DNA of 64,000 nucleotides from the human T2T-CHM13v2.0 reference genome, Homo sapiens, in NCBI RefSeq assembly GCF_009914755.1, contig NC_060927.1. One strand, given 5' to 3'. A program made the translations under genes and the position numbers. Each line of letters begins with the position of its first letter. Position 1 is the stretch's first letter. Below, in pieces: positions 33,516-56,429 of this stretch. The notes under the pieces are model-generated. The model worked only from the letters and a program-made list of their open reading frames with translations. It searched no databases and was not told the DNA's origin.

Positions 33516-36274
33516 TACTCTGCAGCTTTGCCTTTTATTTGACTTTTTTGCAATATATATTAAATAATAATTAAATATATATTTAATTATTTTTACTGTG
33601 TGTATGTCATAGACATTTTTTGCCTCTTGGCTGTCTTGTATTAATTTGTCCTACACCCAGAAACATATCTGAGAGGGAGGGATCCACTATTTCCTCACGC
33701 TCAGTCTGTAGTTTTGGTGGAGGGCAGTTTATCCCTCACAGACTCCAGGAGTGTTATTTGATACAGACCAGGCCAAACAGAGCTGTACACTCCTCTGACA
33801 TAGAAACTGGTTCAAGGTTAGACACACAACCCCATCAGAGCCAAAGAGACATTATGAGATGCGGACATACATACTGTTGACTACATTTGAAACTGAGATG
33901 ATGCACATCCTTGGAGCCTTTCTGAGAACTGAGTTAACACAGAGTCTTGACCAAAATTCCTGTTTTCTCTTTTTCAAACAGTTTGGAATTTTCTAGATTT
34001 TCTGTCAATTGTTGTATAAAGTATCCTAATTGATATAAGGCTGACAGATTCTCTCAGATTAAATGGTAAAATTTTAGACATACGGATTGCCTTTCTCAAA
34101 CTCTTTCTTCCGCAGTGTTTTGCACTTATATATTATGTAATATTGATTGAATCCATTTTGAAAATCTGTGGAATTAATATATTAACCCAAAATTCATGCC
34201 AAGTATACTGCAGCTTACATACAGACTTTAGTTTAACTTTGTTGTGAATTTGATTTAAACTTCATTCGAAATTATAATTCTAAAAATGCAAATGTGTATG
34301 GGCCAATCAATGGCATAAGAAGGAACTAAGTTACTTTTATCTTTACCCCTTCTATTTTTCCTTATTATTTCTTTCTTCATTTCAGAACATGAGGAAAACA
34401 AGGTTATGTGATCAGTTTGCTATAAAACTTTCCATGCTGTGAAATAGTATACTATAGTGAAAGGGACACCAACTTGGAAATGGGAAACTTGGCAAGCCGT
34501 ATAAGCTTGGGTAGTCCTTTAATACTCTCTCAGTCTTGGGCTTGAGTTTCCTCGTACATACTCGGAATATATTGGATTATATTACTTCTTGGCATTTAAA
34601 AGAATGGGAACTCTGACTACCTGAATGTTTCTGAACCATCAGTCACTTCTCAGAAATTCTTAGCTCTTCAGTGGCCAATCACAGCTTCTCGTCATGTAAT
34701 ATTAGTAAATATTATTCTAAATAAAATCTAGATTAAGAGAGTATGATCTTGATCTATATGGCTCTTGTTAGTATTATGATGGATAAAATATTTTTCCTAG
34801 GTCTTATACAAAATTAAAATTTGCTTAAAGAGCTTGCTCCACTGCTTTTACGGATCATAACTTTGAAACTGTGGAAATCACTGGGTTAGATGTTCTACAA
34901 GATTTCTTCCAGCACCACCATCTTGTGAAAAGACACAGGTCATTTCCTGGAATAAATTTGAGAGTACCTTGTGTAGTCAAGATGGGCCCATTTAAAAGGA
35001 TGACTTCGTGTTGTTCTGGATACCTATGATTTCAGAATTGGATAAGTTCTAGTGTCCAGGATTTTCTGAAGATACTAGTTTTCTCCATAACTGCTATTGG
35101 CTGCTTTGGCTTTCACGGGATGTCTTGGCCTGTGAGTTGCTCTAGAATTCCAAAAATATGAGTGGTTGCATTGAATGGGGAACACAAAGGTAATTCAGGC
35201 TTCCAACTGTGGGTTGTGCTAAGGAGTTTGGTCTTTATTCTTTATTATGTGGTGTGTGAGTCCTGACAAGGCAGGCACTCAAAAGGGGGCTTAGGATTAT
35301 TTATGGTTGTCTGAGGACAGCATTTCTCTATTTCATCATTTTATTTGGGACAAGTCAGCTTGCTAGCTCTGCAGTATAGTAAAAAAAAATCCCAGGAGTT
35401 ACAGTTTCAAGTCCTGTCTCTCCCACTAGTTAGCACTGTGATCTTAGGCCAGGCATTTTTGCCTCCCTAACTGCAATTTTTCCAGCTACAGTATAAAATA
35501 ATTGGAATATAACATTTCTAAGGCTTATTTTACTGTAAGGATCTAAAATTCTATAATCACACTATATGACACAAAAGCATGACCACACAGAACCATACTT
35601 ACAGATTGGGAACTATGACCCTGTTTTCCAAATCTCCCATCTGAACTCACCAGAGCCAGTGAACATTCAGTGTGTTTGTCACATGCAGTATTACCAGCCA
35701 GAAAACACTCTTGTTCTAGCCTAAGTTCTTGAAATTGAAGTATACATTCTTTTTTCTGATACTCCCTCAGATTCATTTGGAAAAAAAAAAAAAACAACTC
35801 AATAACTGTAAATGAAGAAACACTTTCTAAGAAGTGTCATGCATAAGATTATAGATGATCATACAAAGTACCATGGGTCCCTGGTTACCTTAAGGTCCTA
35901 TTCAGGAGAAAGATAAAAGTAGATGTTAGTATTCTTGGTGAATTAAGTGGGAATTTGCATTTCAATGCCAGTCCTTAAATGGTTTGATTTTCATAAACCC
36001 TATATATTATAGAGTGTTTGATGTTACATAATGGTGAAATGAATAGAAATGAGAAATATTTGAACTTCGAATGTACTTGCAAACATTCTCCCCCCACCCC
36101 TTTAAACTACCTACATATAAAAACCTAGAATCAATTATGTGAAGTTTAATTTCTGAAAGTTTCAATAAAGCTGGGTCATCATACTTTCTCCTCCAAAAAT
36201 TTGGTTCTCAAATAGGAATATATTTAGAAAAATTGTTTATTTATATTTTCTTTTTTGTTTGTTCTATAATTTAA

Positions 36275-36830
36275 GTTTAGAAAATAGCAAACTTTTTATG
36301 TAAAAGATATGATAGTAAATATTGTGGGCTTTATGGACCATATAAAGTCTATTGATACTACAGTACTTGGCCAGGCACAAAGAAGCCCAGCACTGTAATC
36401 TCAGCACTTTGGGAGGCCAAGTAGGGATGATAGCTTGGGCCCAGGAGATTGAAAGCATGGACAGCATAGACAGACACTGATTCTACAAAAAATTAAACAA
36501 TTAGACTGGCATGGTGGTGAGCACCTATAGTCTTAGCTCCTCAGGAGGCTAAGGCAGTAGGATCACTTGAGCCCAGAACGTTGATGCTACAATGAGCCAT
36601 GGTCATGACATTGCAGTCTGGCCTGTGCTACAGAACAAAACCCTGTCTCTAAACAAACAAACAAACAAACAAACAACAAACAAAAAACCCCACAGTACTT
36701 AACTCACCCGCTGCAGCAGGACAGCTACCATAGACAATCTATAAACAAATGCATGTGGCTATGTTCTGTACAACTTTATTTGCTGAAACAGGTGGCCCAT
36801 TGGTGAGCAAAAGCTGACAGATACTTGATC
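36275..36830. mobile_element. MER58A interrupted by AluJ
   Basis: gcaaactttttatgtaaa...atagtaaatatt...; resumes ccatagacaat...gtggctatgttc after the Alu. Confidence 0.75.
36369..36691 (+). mobile_element. AluJ with (AAAC)n tail
   Basis: TSD acagtactt (36360-36368 / 36692-36700). Confidence 0.9.
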
Positions 36831-38245
36831 TAGGCAATTAATAAGTGATTTCTCCTTCAATCCTCTCCCAATCCCAGATCATTCCATATTGAAAATAGCA
36901 TTGGACTGAATAGCTGGATAGCTTTTCTAATTACTGGACATTGACTGCACATAATCCCATTGAAATTCTCATTGATATGGAGCTTATTTCAGTCATCATA
37001 TCCAGTTCTTAAATTGTATTAGCTATGAGTTAATAAGACTGTTGTTGTGGTATTGCTTTATATCTGGTGTAATACTTTAATATCAGGTCACAGGAACTTC
37101 TGTACCATTAAATGAAGATCAGGTTAGGATTCTGATCAATTGGACCATATTTCTGGTCTGGAGGGGAAAGAGGTAAGAAAAGAGCTCCTCCATTCTCATC
37201 ACAAAAGTGATCATGTTCTAGAATCATAACAAACATGGCCCAGGATTGTGCAGACTTGAAACTGGGGAGTGAAGTGTCAGTGCCAGAACTGGTAAAGAAA
37301 ATGAAGGTTCTATTTCTGATCCAAGAGGTAGGATCACAGGGCATCCAAGTCTATGCAGGTGGTCCAAGGATACCCTACAGTCAAAAAGACAAAGTATTAG
37401 GAGCCCAAGAAGCTGGGGGACACAACTAAGGTAATGAGAAAGGAAAAGTTGCCTGCACTCTCTGTGATAGCTCTACAAATGCTGATCAGCTTTTGCCTTA
37501 TCCAAGAATTTATTTCAATGAACTGAGGGACTTTTTTTGCTGGCTGTTGTTTCATAAAACTTAAAGGCACCTAGGTACTTCCTGCTACCCAACACATAGT
37601 AGATAGAGGTAGAGCCATAAATATTGACCTTCAGACATCATTTGTAGATCAGATATCCTTTGTAGATCTATTTAGATGACCTTAAAAATGTGTTAATAGT
37701 CTATTAGTAGTTGGCTACTATGTTGGCCCATCTGGAATGCTTAAGTATTCCTCAAAATAGTTCTTTTGTGCACTTAAAATACATCACCTGACCTAAATGA
37801 ACTATCAAAGTTAGTTCAACCAGGGCATTTTTATCTTAGATATTACTGAGATTATTATCGATTCATAATTTGGATGCAAGTGGTTGAGGCACTATAATTT
37901 TTCTTTTAAGGAAAAAAATCAGGAGAATATTTTATAGTTGGCCACACGTATATAAGAATTGCTTCAAAAAATTCTCTAAAGATGTTAGAAACTTAGATCA
38001 CTATTTGGTGACTTGACAAACATGACTGGAGAAAGATGAATCAATTGAAAGTTAACTGTCCTTAAATTGAATTATGTCTGATTGTTACTCCATTTATTGT
38101 GTGTGACCTAAAGATTTAAAAGAAATTAAGTCATGTATTAATTTCAAGTCATTTCATTATTTTGGAAAAAAATAAAATTATTGATTGCATAATTTTTTGG
38201 TTGAATTTTATGGAAAGGTTTTTAAGTTCGTGTAAAATTGGTATT

Positions 38246-38465
38246 CAGTAGGTTTTCTTAACATTGGCACTATTGACATTTTGAGTTGGATAGTTATTTG
38301 TTGTGGGGGACTGTCTTGTGCATTGTAGGATTTTTAGCAGCATCCCTGTTCTCCACCCACTAAATGCCAGTAATACCCACACACAAGTTTAAACAACCAA
38401 AACTATCTCCAGACATTGTCAGATATCCCCTTAGTGGTAAAATCTCCCCTGGTTGAGATACACTG
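38246..38465. mobile_element. MER20 hAT transposon
   Basis: cagt...ggcactattgacatttt...gtgcattgtaggat...ctccagacattg...ggttgaga...cactg. Confidence 0.88.
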
Positions 38466-40343
38466 GTATACAACAACCAGGCCATAACTCTATAACATAC
38501 AAGATTAAGGAATAGAAGCAGGATCTTATTAATAATACAAGTCTTTAAAAATTGAATTTTGGTGTTGAAATGAATTTATTTGTGTTATTTAGTATTTTTG
38601 AGTGGTGCATTATTACTCAAGACTTTCTAAGGAAACCTAACATTTAGAAATAAAGCAATCCTCCAAAAAGGGCTATCTCTCTGCTCCTCCAGCTCTTACA
38701 TATCATGTTGTCAATATCATGCTAAGGTTGTAATAGGAAGATTGTATTATTGATCCTGCTCTTCAACCAGAGATTGCATGCAGAGCAGCAATGGTGGAGT
38801 TACTTCTGAGAATAGAAAATGAATTGGACCTTATCTTGGGAACCCTATGAATTAGCTGAGTTACCTCCAAGTCTCTCAACACACTTTTTGTCTGGATAAA
38901 TCAGATTGCCTACTTTTCCTTAAGGTCAAGAAATATGATGTATTTATCTCTGTCTTTCCAGCTCCATTTCTGGCACAGGATAAATAGATGCTTTGAAATT
39001 GGATGAATAGGCGGAATCTATTCATTGATCTTACAGACAGAGTCAGCATGTTTTCATCTTCTGTTCTTCTTTTTTCCTCCTGTAGTCCTGTATTCATTCC
39101 TGACTACTTCTTGGCGGCTTGATTTATTCATAGATAATCTGTTCTATTCTTTCACACTCAAGATATGGCCAAGATTTTGTTGCTTTAACTTCTATAAGCA
39201 AAAGGGGGTCCCAGAACCAAAAAGTACTAAGGAGTTTTAATGTAAGACATTGGAGAATACTAGTGGGAAAATACTGTATTATTTCAGTACCTACCATCAC
39301 TGTAACAAAATTGTTACTGCTACAAATTATTAAGGCTGACAACGTTTTTAAATTAATTTTCACACTAGAATTCTTATAAACTTGCTTTTCATCTTAATTA
39401 TTTTTAATGTGTTTTATAACTCCAAAACATGGACCAATTTTATATAGAACTTAATTACTTTTCAAAATCAGTTACCAATACTTTTCTTTCAGACCTGCAT
39501 GATAAAGACAAAGAGAAAATGCTTTAGAACTGGGCAGAACTAGGTGTTCATTGTCATGTGTACTCTTGTAAACATTAATTTGGACATGCTATTTAAACCT
39601 ACTGAACTTCAATGTTATTATCTTTAAAATGGGCCAGTGTCTACCTCAGAGTATAACTATAAGAATAGAGAAAAATAAATTAAATATGATCCAAGAAAGC
39701 AGTTGCATTAAGTAGGTAGTTGTAAGTCAATCATAATCATAATAAATGACATATGCAAATCAATAAATATGATTCATCACATAAACAGAACTAAAGACAA
39801 AAAGCACATAATTATCTCAATAGATGCAGGAAAGGCTTAAGATAAAGTTCAACATCCCTTCATGTTAAAAACTCTCAATAAACTAGGTATTGGAGGAACA
39901 TACCTCAAAATAATAAGAGCCATATATGACAAACCCACAATCAATGTCATACTAAATGGGCAAAAGCTGAACACATTCCCCTTGAAAACTGGCACAAGAC
40001 AAGGATGCCCTCTCTCACCAATCCTATTCAACACAGTATTAGAAGTTCTGATGACGGCAATCAGGCAAGAAAGAGAAATAAAGCGTATTCAAATAGGAAT
40101 AGAGGAAGTCAAACTATCTCTGTTTGCAGATGACATGATCCTGTATCTGGAAATTTCCATCATATCAACCCCCAAGCTTCTTAAGCTGATAAGCAACTTC
40201 AGCAAAATCTGAGGATACAAAACAAATGTGCAAAAGTTGCTAGCATTCCTGTACACCAACAACAGACAAGCAGAGAGCCAAATCACAAGCTGTATTAGTC
40301 CATTTTCACATTGCTATAAAGAAATACCTGAGACTGGGCAATT

Positions 40344-46304
<5,961 letters not shown>

Positions 46305-48825
46305 GAGACTGGGCAATTTATAAAGGAAAGAGACTTAATTGACTCACAGTTCCACATGGCTGGGGAGGCCTCGGGAAACTTACAATCATGGCAGAAGGTA
46401 AAGAAGAAAGCAAGTACCTTCTTCACAAGGAAGCAGGAAAGAAAGAAGAGTAAAGGAGGGACTTCCAAACACTTACAAAACCATCAGATCTCATGAGAAC
46501 TCACTCACTATCACAGGAACAGCAGGGGGAAAACCACTCCCATGATTCAGCCACCTTCCACCAGGTCCCTTCCTCAACATGTGGGGATTATATGAATTAC
46601 AACTGGAGATGAGATTTGGGTGGGGACACAGAATCAAACCTTACCATGAACGAATTCTCACTCACAGTTGCTACAAAACAATAAAATACCTAGGAATACA
46701 GCTTGCTAGGGGGGTGAAAGATCTCCATAGGGAGTACTACAAACTACTACATGAAGAAATCAGAGATCACACAATTGGAAAAACATTCCATGCTCATGGA
46801 TAGGAACAATCAATGTAATTAAAATGCCCATACTGCCCAAAGCAATTTATAAATTCAGTGCTATTCCCATTAAACTACAATTGACATTCTTCACAGAACT
46901 AGAAAAAAAAAATGTTTTAAAATTCATGTGGAACCAAAAAAGGGCCCAAACAGCCAAGGCAATTTTAAGCAAAAAGAACAAAGCTGGAGGTATCAGGCTA
47001 CCTGATTTCAAACTGTACTATGGGGGTACAGTAACCAGAAGAGCATGGTACTGATGTAAGAACAGACAAATAGACCAATGGAACAGCATAGACAACTCAG
47101 AAATAAGACCACATGCTTACTTAAGATCACTAAGCTATGTGATCTTCAACAAACCTGACAAAAACAAGCAACAGGGAAAGCACTCCCTATTCAATAAATG
47201 GTGCTGGGATAACTGGCTAGCCATATGCAGAAGATTGAAACTGGACGTCTTCCTTACACCATATTAAAAAATTAACTCAGGATGAATTAAAGACTTAAAT
47301 GTAAAACTCAAAACCATAAAAACCCTGGAAGACATCCTAGGCAATACCATTTAGGGCATAGGCATGGGCAAAGATTTCATGATGAAGACACGAAAAGAAA
47401 TTGCAGCAATGACAAATGGGACCTAATTAAACTAAAGAGCTCTACACAGCAAAAGACACTGTCAATAGAGTAGAAAGATAACCCAAAGAATGGTGGAAAA
47501 TTTTTTGCAAACTATGCATCTAACAAAGGTCTAATATCCAGCATCTATAAGGAACTTAAACATACTGACAAGAAAAAAACAACCCCATTAAAAAATGGGC
47601 AAGGGACATGAACAGACACTTCTCAAAAGAAGACATACATGTTGCCAACAGTCATGAATAAAAGCTCAACATCACTTATCATTAGAGAAATGCAAATCAA
47701 AGCCACAATGAGATAGCATCTCACAACAGTCAGAATGGCCACTGTGAAATGTCAAAAAGTAACAGATGTTGGTGATGTTATGGAGTAAAATGAATGCTAA
47801 TACACTTTTGGTGGGAGTGTAAATCAGTTCAACCAGTGTGGAAGACAGTTTGGCAATTCCTCAAAGACCTAAAGATAGAAATACCATTAGACCCAGCAAT
47901 CACCTTACTGAGTACATACCCAAAGAACTGTAAATCATTCTATAATATTATAAAGACATGCACATGTATGTTCATTGAAGCATTATTCGCAATAGCAAAA
48001 ACATGGAATCAACCTAAATGTCCATCAATGATAGAATGGACAAAGAAAATGTACATATACATCACAAAATACTATGCACCCATAAAAAAGAACAAGATCA
48101 TGCCTTTTGCAGGGACATTGTTGAGGCTGGAGGCCATTATTCTTAGCAAACTAATGCAGGAACACAAAACCAAATATCACATGTTCTTACTCATAAGTGG
48201 GAGCTAAATGATGAGAACTCATAGACACATAGAGTGGAACAATACACACTGGGGCCTATAGGAGGGTAGAGGATGGGAGGAGAGAGAAGATCCAGAAAAA
48301 TAACTAAAGGATACTAGGCTTAATACCTGGATGATGAAATAATCTGCACAACAACCCGTGCCCCTGCCTGCCATGACACATTTACCTATGTAACAAGCCT
48401 GCACATGTACCCCTGAACTTACAATGAAAGTTAAATATATATATATATATATATATATATAATAAATGATTATGATTTATTTTGGAGGTAATGGTGTTGA
48501 TATTAACTAGACATGACCAGAGCCAAGGCTCTGCAAAATCATGAAGTGTCTCTGGTACTTTTTAAACTCCTTTTTCTGAGTCAGGCTTAGGTAAAATCAT
48601 TCCCTTCATTCTGTGCCAAATGTTGGTATTCTATTGATTGTCAACTAATTCCTGCTAAGCAGCTATTTCTTCCAGAGAGTATTTATATTTTAATAGAAGT
48701 AGCTGTTAATATCAGATATAGGCTCCAGTTTTGAATAAAGATAGAGACTAAGGTGGCACTACCCTCCTGCTATGCCTGTATTTTCCTGATGACTTGTTCT
48801 CTCCATTTCAAGATCCCCAAACTCA

Positions 48826-49695
<870 letters not shown>

Positions 49696-51409
49696 CTTTT
49701 ATTACACTTTCCACCTTTTTCTCCTATCTTTCCTTGTTTATTTTTCACGTCTCTCCTGACAATTTCAGTGATGTCACTGGTTTCTCAGGTTATAAGGAGT
49801 GAGTGTTGTCATCATTATTTCTAATTCAGTATGCCTAGTGGAAAAGACACAGGTTTTAGAAACATATAGACCTCCAAATCAATGCCGGGTCTACTTATTT
49901 CTAGCAATATGACACTAAGCAAAATATGTAAGCTCTTTTACCTCAAGTCTTCTCTTCTACTAACTAATAGAGGGGACAAAACTTACCCCAAAGGGTTAAT
50001 ATTAGATTTATATTAATATAGTTTATGCCTAGTGATTAACTGAAACTTAAGAGATGCTCAATAAGTGTTACTTTATTTCTTCCTGTTTCTACATGTCTCT
50101 CTCTCTGTCTCATTTTTTTTCTGTCCCATTACTTTTCCTAGAAGAAAAACATTTTTGAAAATTTCTAACCACTGTTTATAACAAACATATTTGTCGTAAA
50201 CTTACTGATAATGTTCAAAAAATGCTTCAAGATGTATTAAGCATTTTGACAATTACTGTTCTCTTATGCTGGATGCCTTATTCTTTCCTGAGTTTGCCAT
50301 GTTATTGCTACTACTAAGCCTTGGCTCATACTTTCCTTTTGCCAAATAAACTATCATTCCTAAATCCATATGAAATTTTTTCTTTTTCAGAAGCATTGTC
50401 TAATGTTTCTGATGGTTATTAATAGTATTTGTAACCTTGTATTTTAATCTATTTGTTTCCAAACCGTTTCCATCAGTTTTATGCTCCATGATGAATTTGG
50501 GGGTCTTTTAAACCATGTATCCCCCACTACACATTTTAAATTTCACACACTGTAAATAGAACTAAACAACTGGCAATTTTTCAATAACAACATGTTGAAT
50601 TGCACAACCAGAAGAGCAATAAAAATTTGCTTTTAGGGCCATTTTTTCTATGAAAGATTCCAGAGACAGCGTTAGTCAATGTCTTCATAAATTCTGTGGA
50701 AAAAAATATATAAATAGAAAGTAATAGCAATGATTAGGGACAAGTGAGTGATTGCAATTTTTGAAAAGAAAAAATTGAGAAAAACACATTATCTTTCTTG
50801 ATTCATACATTATTTTGTGTGATTAGAATTTCCATAAAAGAAACTCCTAACCGATATTTGACTAAGCATTAGAACAAAATAGTGAATAAAAGAATCCTAT
50901 TTCTGTCATATTATTATGCTTGCTATGGATACAATATGCAGGGACTTTTTTTCTTTTGGTGGGTGTTGCTGGATGATTTCTTTATTTATGTCCTTGATAA
51001 ATACTGTCAGAAATATGTTCTAAAAAGTAAATAACCAAAGGATAGTTCTTACCAATCCATTAGAGATTTTATAGCTAGTACCATTTGTTTGGTCTTTCTG
51101 TTTCTAAAAGCTTTCTTTAATAAATACATCACTACAAATCCAAAAGCAGAAGTCAGATAACATCTTCCTCATCTAGATAACCCCAATATTTCTTTTAAGA
51201 GTTAGGATTCCAATGTGCCATAACCAGAAGGGCATTCCGAGGCTTCCCCACATTTCCTCTGTTTATGGAGACAGCTGTTTCACTAACTTGCAGCTCTTGT
51301 AAATGCTTTGAAAGCTGATCACATACTATATTCTTGACTTAATACTTTGGTAAGCCTGGATATATATCTTTCTATAAACCTCACCTAATCTTTGATATTA
51401 CTATAACTT

Positions 51410-52102
51410 TATCTTTGCTTGGAAAGCACACTCAGAAGGCTTCATCACCAAGATTTTGGGAGAGTAAAGCTAAGTGTAGTTGATGCAACATTGTAGAAAC
51501 AGCATAGGAACAATAAGAACAATAGGTAAAGCTATAATTATGGCTTATATTTAGAAATGACCACATTTGATATTTTAGGATATTTTTCTAGGTTTTTTTC
51601 CTTTCATTTTATTCTCTTCTAGTTTTGACATTTTATGATAGATTTGCTCTCTAGAAGGGAACGTCTTTCTTTAGGAGGGTAAAACTTTGGTCTTAGCATT
51701 CACTTTTGCTATTCCGATCTACAACTGGAAGATACATAAAAGTGCTTTGCATTGCAAATTTGGGATAACTTCAAAAATCCCATGGTTGATGTTAGGGATA
51801 GCACTAAGCATTTCAATTCCAGGAGAATAAAAGAAATTCCGATTTGAAATGAATTCCTCATTTGGAGGGAAAAAAAGCATGCATTCTGGCACAACAAGAT
51901 CAAATTATGGAATACACAAGTGGCTCCTTCCCATGTGCAGTCCCTGTCCCCCGTCCAGTCCTCTGCACACCCGAACTGTTTCTGATTGGCTTTTAGCTTT
52001 TTTTTTTTCCTTCTAACACTTGTATTTGGAAACTCTTCTGTGATTTTGAGAAGTATGCTTTTGAGTATTTAATGAAGTTTTTTTCTAAAAGTAAAAAAAA
52101 AA
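51410..52102 (+). pseudogene. 5'-truncated processed retrocopy of an mRNA 3'UTR (recalled as CBX1/HP1-beta-like)
   Basis: Non-TE mRNA-like sequence ending in decayed signal aatgaa (52071-52076) and A10 (52093-52102). Parent identity is from memory; 5' boundary approximate. Confidence 0.55.
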
Positions 52103-53296
52103 GGATTGAATTCTTTAGCCTATTATGCAAGATCTCTAATAAATTTTGCTGAAAGTTTACTCTCAATTTTGTCTCCCGCAGCATCCATTACACACCACCA
52201 CGCATAATGTGTGTAATATTTTTCTCAAATGATATTCTAACATTTTTGTTCAAGCGTTCTCAGTCTAGAATTCTCTTTCTTCCATAAGCTTGGCCAAAAG
52301 TATGTTTTCTAGGCTCAGACCAGAGGCCAGTTTCTCTATTGATTTTTTCATTGTTCTTATTCTCCCTTATAAATGTCTTCCTTATATTCCACAAATACTT
52401 CCATTTAGTGCTCATATGTACCACCATATCCTCAATTACGTCTATTTTTCCAACCATATATGATCTAGACGAAGTCAGAAATTGTTCATATGAGCTTGAT
52501 GTCTCACAGTATCTTCCTTGTAACTGATTGGGTTATAAAAAGACAATGAATTTCCAGCACCTATTGTGAAACTGTTGTGGGAGTCATATTTATTTTTGAC
52601 ATTTAAGTTGAATTGAAGTTATTTTAATATTGGGAGCATCAAGTTATTCTGAAATTGTGCCATTTGGGGGCATTACAAACACAAGATTTGGGAAATACTA
52701 TCAGGAAGTTAATGCAAGGAGTAGGAAAACCAAAATATTCCTTTTATTCTTAACCACTAATAGGGTAATTTTTGGTTTTGTTTTGGTATCATATAGTACA
52801 AACATAGGAGGGTCTTCCCATAGTCAGGACTTCCTAGGCAAATTTTACGATATTTTTGTAAGGAGGAAAATTCTCATTTCCTCATAACTTATTTAAATTT
52901 AGAGGATCACCTATAGGCAAAGGATAATCATGTATTGTGATATGCCTAGTTTTTTGAACTACCTTTCAAAGCTAAATTCCATCAAACATTTTCTCAATTT
53001 TTTCTTAAAATGTCATGTTCTCTACTGAAGAAGTAAGATTCAAAATTGCAGTATCTGCCATCTTCCCAGAAAGACATAAATCTCCAACCAATGATACCAA
53101 ATAATAATCAGTTCACTGTAGGCAGACTATTTCTTACAAGGTAGTATAAAGTTTTTCAAAAATCAAAATTCATACTTTGTATCATTTTCTAATACTGGGG
53201 GGAAGTTTTTTTTGAGATTTTTTCTTATAATCTAAGTTTCTGGCTTTCTGACGTTGGTAACAATAATAGCTACATGTTGACTTTGAGAAGATTTAG

Positions 53297-53668
<372 letters not shown>

Positions 53669-53679
53669 AATTATTTTTA

Positions 53680-53945
53680 ATTTTTATGGGTACATCATAG
53701 ATGTAGGTATTTATGGGATGCATAAGATATTTTGGTACAGGCATACAATGCATAATAGTCACATCAGGGTAAATGGAGTATCCATCCCCTCAAGCATTTA
53801 TCATTTCTTTGTGTTACAAACATTCCAATTATACCCTTTTAAGTTATTGTAAAATGTACAATAAATTACTATTGATTGTAATCACTCTGTTGTGCTATCA
53901 AATACTGGCTCCTATTTATTCTATCTAACTATATTTGTGTACCAC
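53680..53945 (-). mobile_element. L1MA1-3 3' end
   Basis: ggcatacaatgcataatagtcacatcagggtaaatggagtatccatcccctcaagc. Confidence 0.85.
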
Positions 53946-54269
53946 GGTGAGTCTTCTATCATGATGAAAGTAACTGTAAGTCAAATACAATGAAATACCC
54001 AGTCTCTGAACTGTTTTACTTGTGAAGATCCATATTCAAAATGGCCAATATCAGAATATTTGGTAGGAGAAATTTTTTTAAGTATTAGTACTTTAAGGAT
54101 GTATATATCACCTATTTTTGCATTACGTTAGTTTTTTTTTTTTTTTCACATACACTTCACGTGTGTGAACTAAACTGACTCAAGATTTCAGGCCTACTTC
54201 CTTAGATTGGGCAGTTTCAGGTTCACTTACAGTTCTCCAGCCCAGCAATAAACATTGCTTTGCTTTTGT

Positions 54270-55380
<1,111 letters not shown>

Positions 55381-56019
55381 ACTATAAATGTGCTAATTTG
55401 AAGCTTCCATATACTATTAAAATTTAACAGTAACCGTGCAATTGTTTTGAACCTAAATCAACAAAAGATTTTTTGTTTAGAATTGCAAATGCATGGTAAG
55501 AATACAAAGCTGACCAAATGTAGTTGGATTTATTATTGTTTTTAAATTTCTGCAGACAACACTTCCCCTGTTGCCTACACAGGTTTGGAGTGCTTCCCCT
55601 GCCCTGACTCTGGCAGTATGCTATTGCTCTTGCTAGACCCAGAGATTAGCAGGTTTTTGTAACACTCTCATAGTAACAAAATTAACAATAGACTGTTGTA
55701 CAATTCAATACGTGGAAAATGATAAAATATACAATCCATATACTTTTCTTTAAAAAATGACAATGTATTCCAGCCAACAGAAACAATTCAAAATTGTAAA
55801 CTTAAGAATGTGGAAGATATAAATTTGTGTCTTTCCTTAACAAATTTGGACCAGTTATATATTAATCCAGAAGGATTCTTCAGTTCACAGTGTAAACAAC
55901 ACCCTTCATCAATTCTCTACATGATTCCTCTTTCACTTGTAGTCATTTTTGTGTATCAGCAAGTAGTTTTTCTGGGGCACACTTTTTCCCCCACAGTTCA
56001 TACAGGAAATTTTTTTTAA

Positions 56020-56385
56020 GCAGCACTTTTGGGATACAAGTTTATGTAAAGGAATAAAAGGAAGAAGAGTGGGCAGAGGGACATACTGGGCTGCAATGCA
56101 GTTATAAGATATTTGCTGACTCCATGTTCACCAGCAGCTAAAACTGGGTGCTCTGCAGAGTTGTCTCGAATTGGGCAGAGGCCCCTCATTACAGTCCCGT
56201 ATGGACCGTCATTGAATGCAGGATATTCTGGGAAGAGTCACTCACTTCACCTGAGGGAAATTCATAAGTGGACTGAGGCCTAAGAGGTGATGGTTCTGGA
56301 CAGGTACACTCGCAGCAGCTATAGACTCCAGGCTTTTAGTCCTGAGCAGGCATCTGGCCAGTGTAGCATAACATGCGCTACAACT
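56020..56385. mobile_element. LTR16-like ERVL LTR fragment
   Basis: gggcagaggga...gggctgcaatgcag...gtcattgaatgcagg pattern. Confidence 0.5.
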
Positions 56386-56429
56386 CAGCAAGCAGAACCT
56401 GTCTTTTTATTTCCCATCACAAAAGCAAA

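Noticed and set aside
33566-33591. 26-bp perfect palindrome aataattaaatatatatttaattatt
   Set aside because: Composed only of A and T in a low-complexity context, so plausible by chance.
51037-51056. Possible left TSD for the retrocopy (aaaggatagttctt versus aaaggattgaattctt)
   Set aside because: Needs several gaps and lies about 350 bp from the recognisable start; not convincing.
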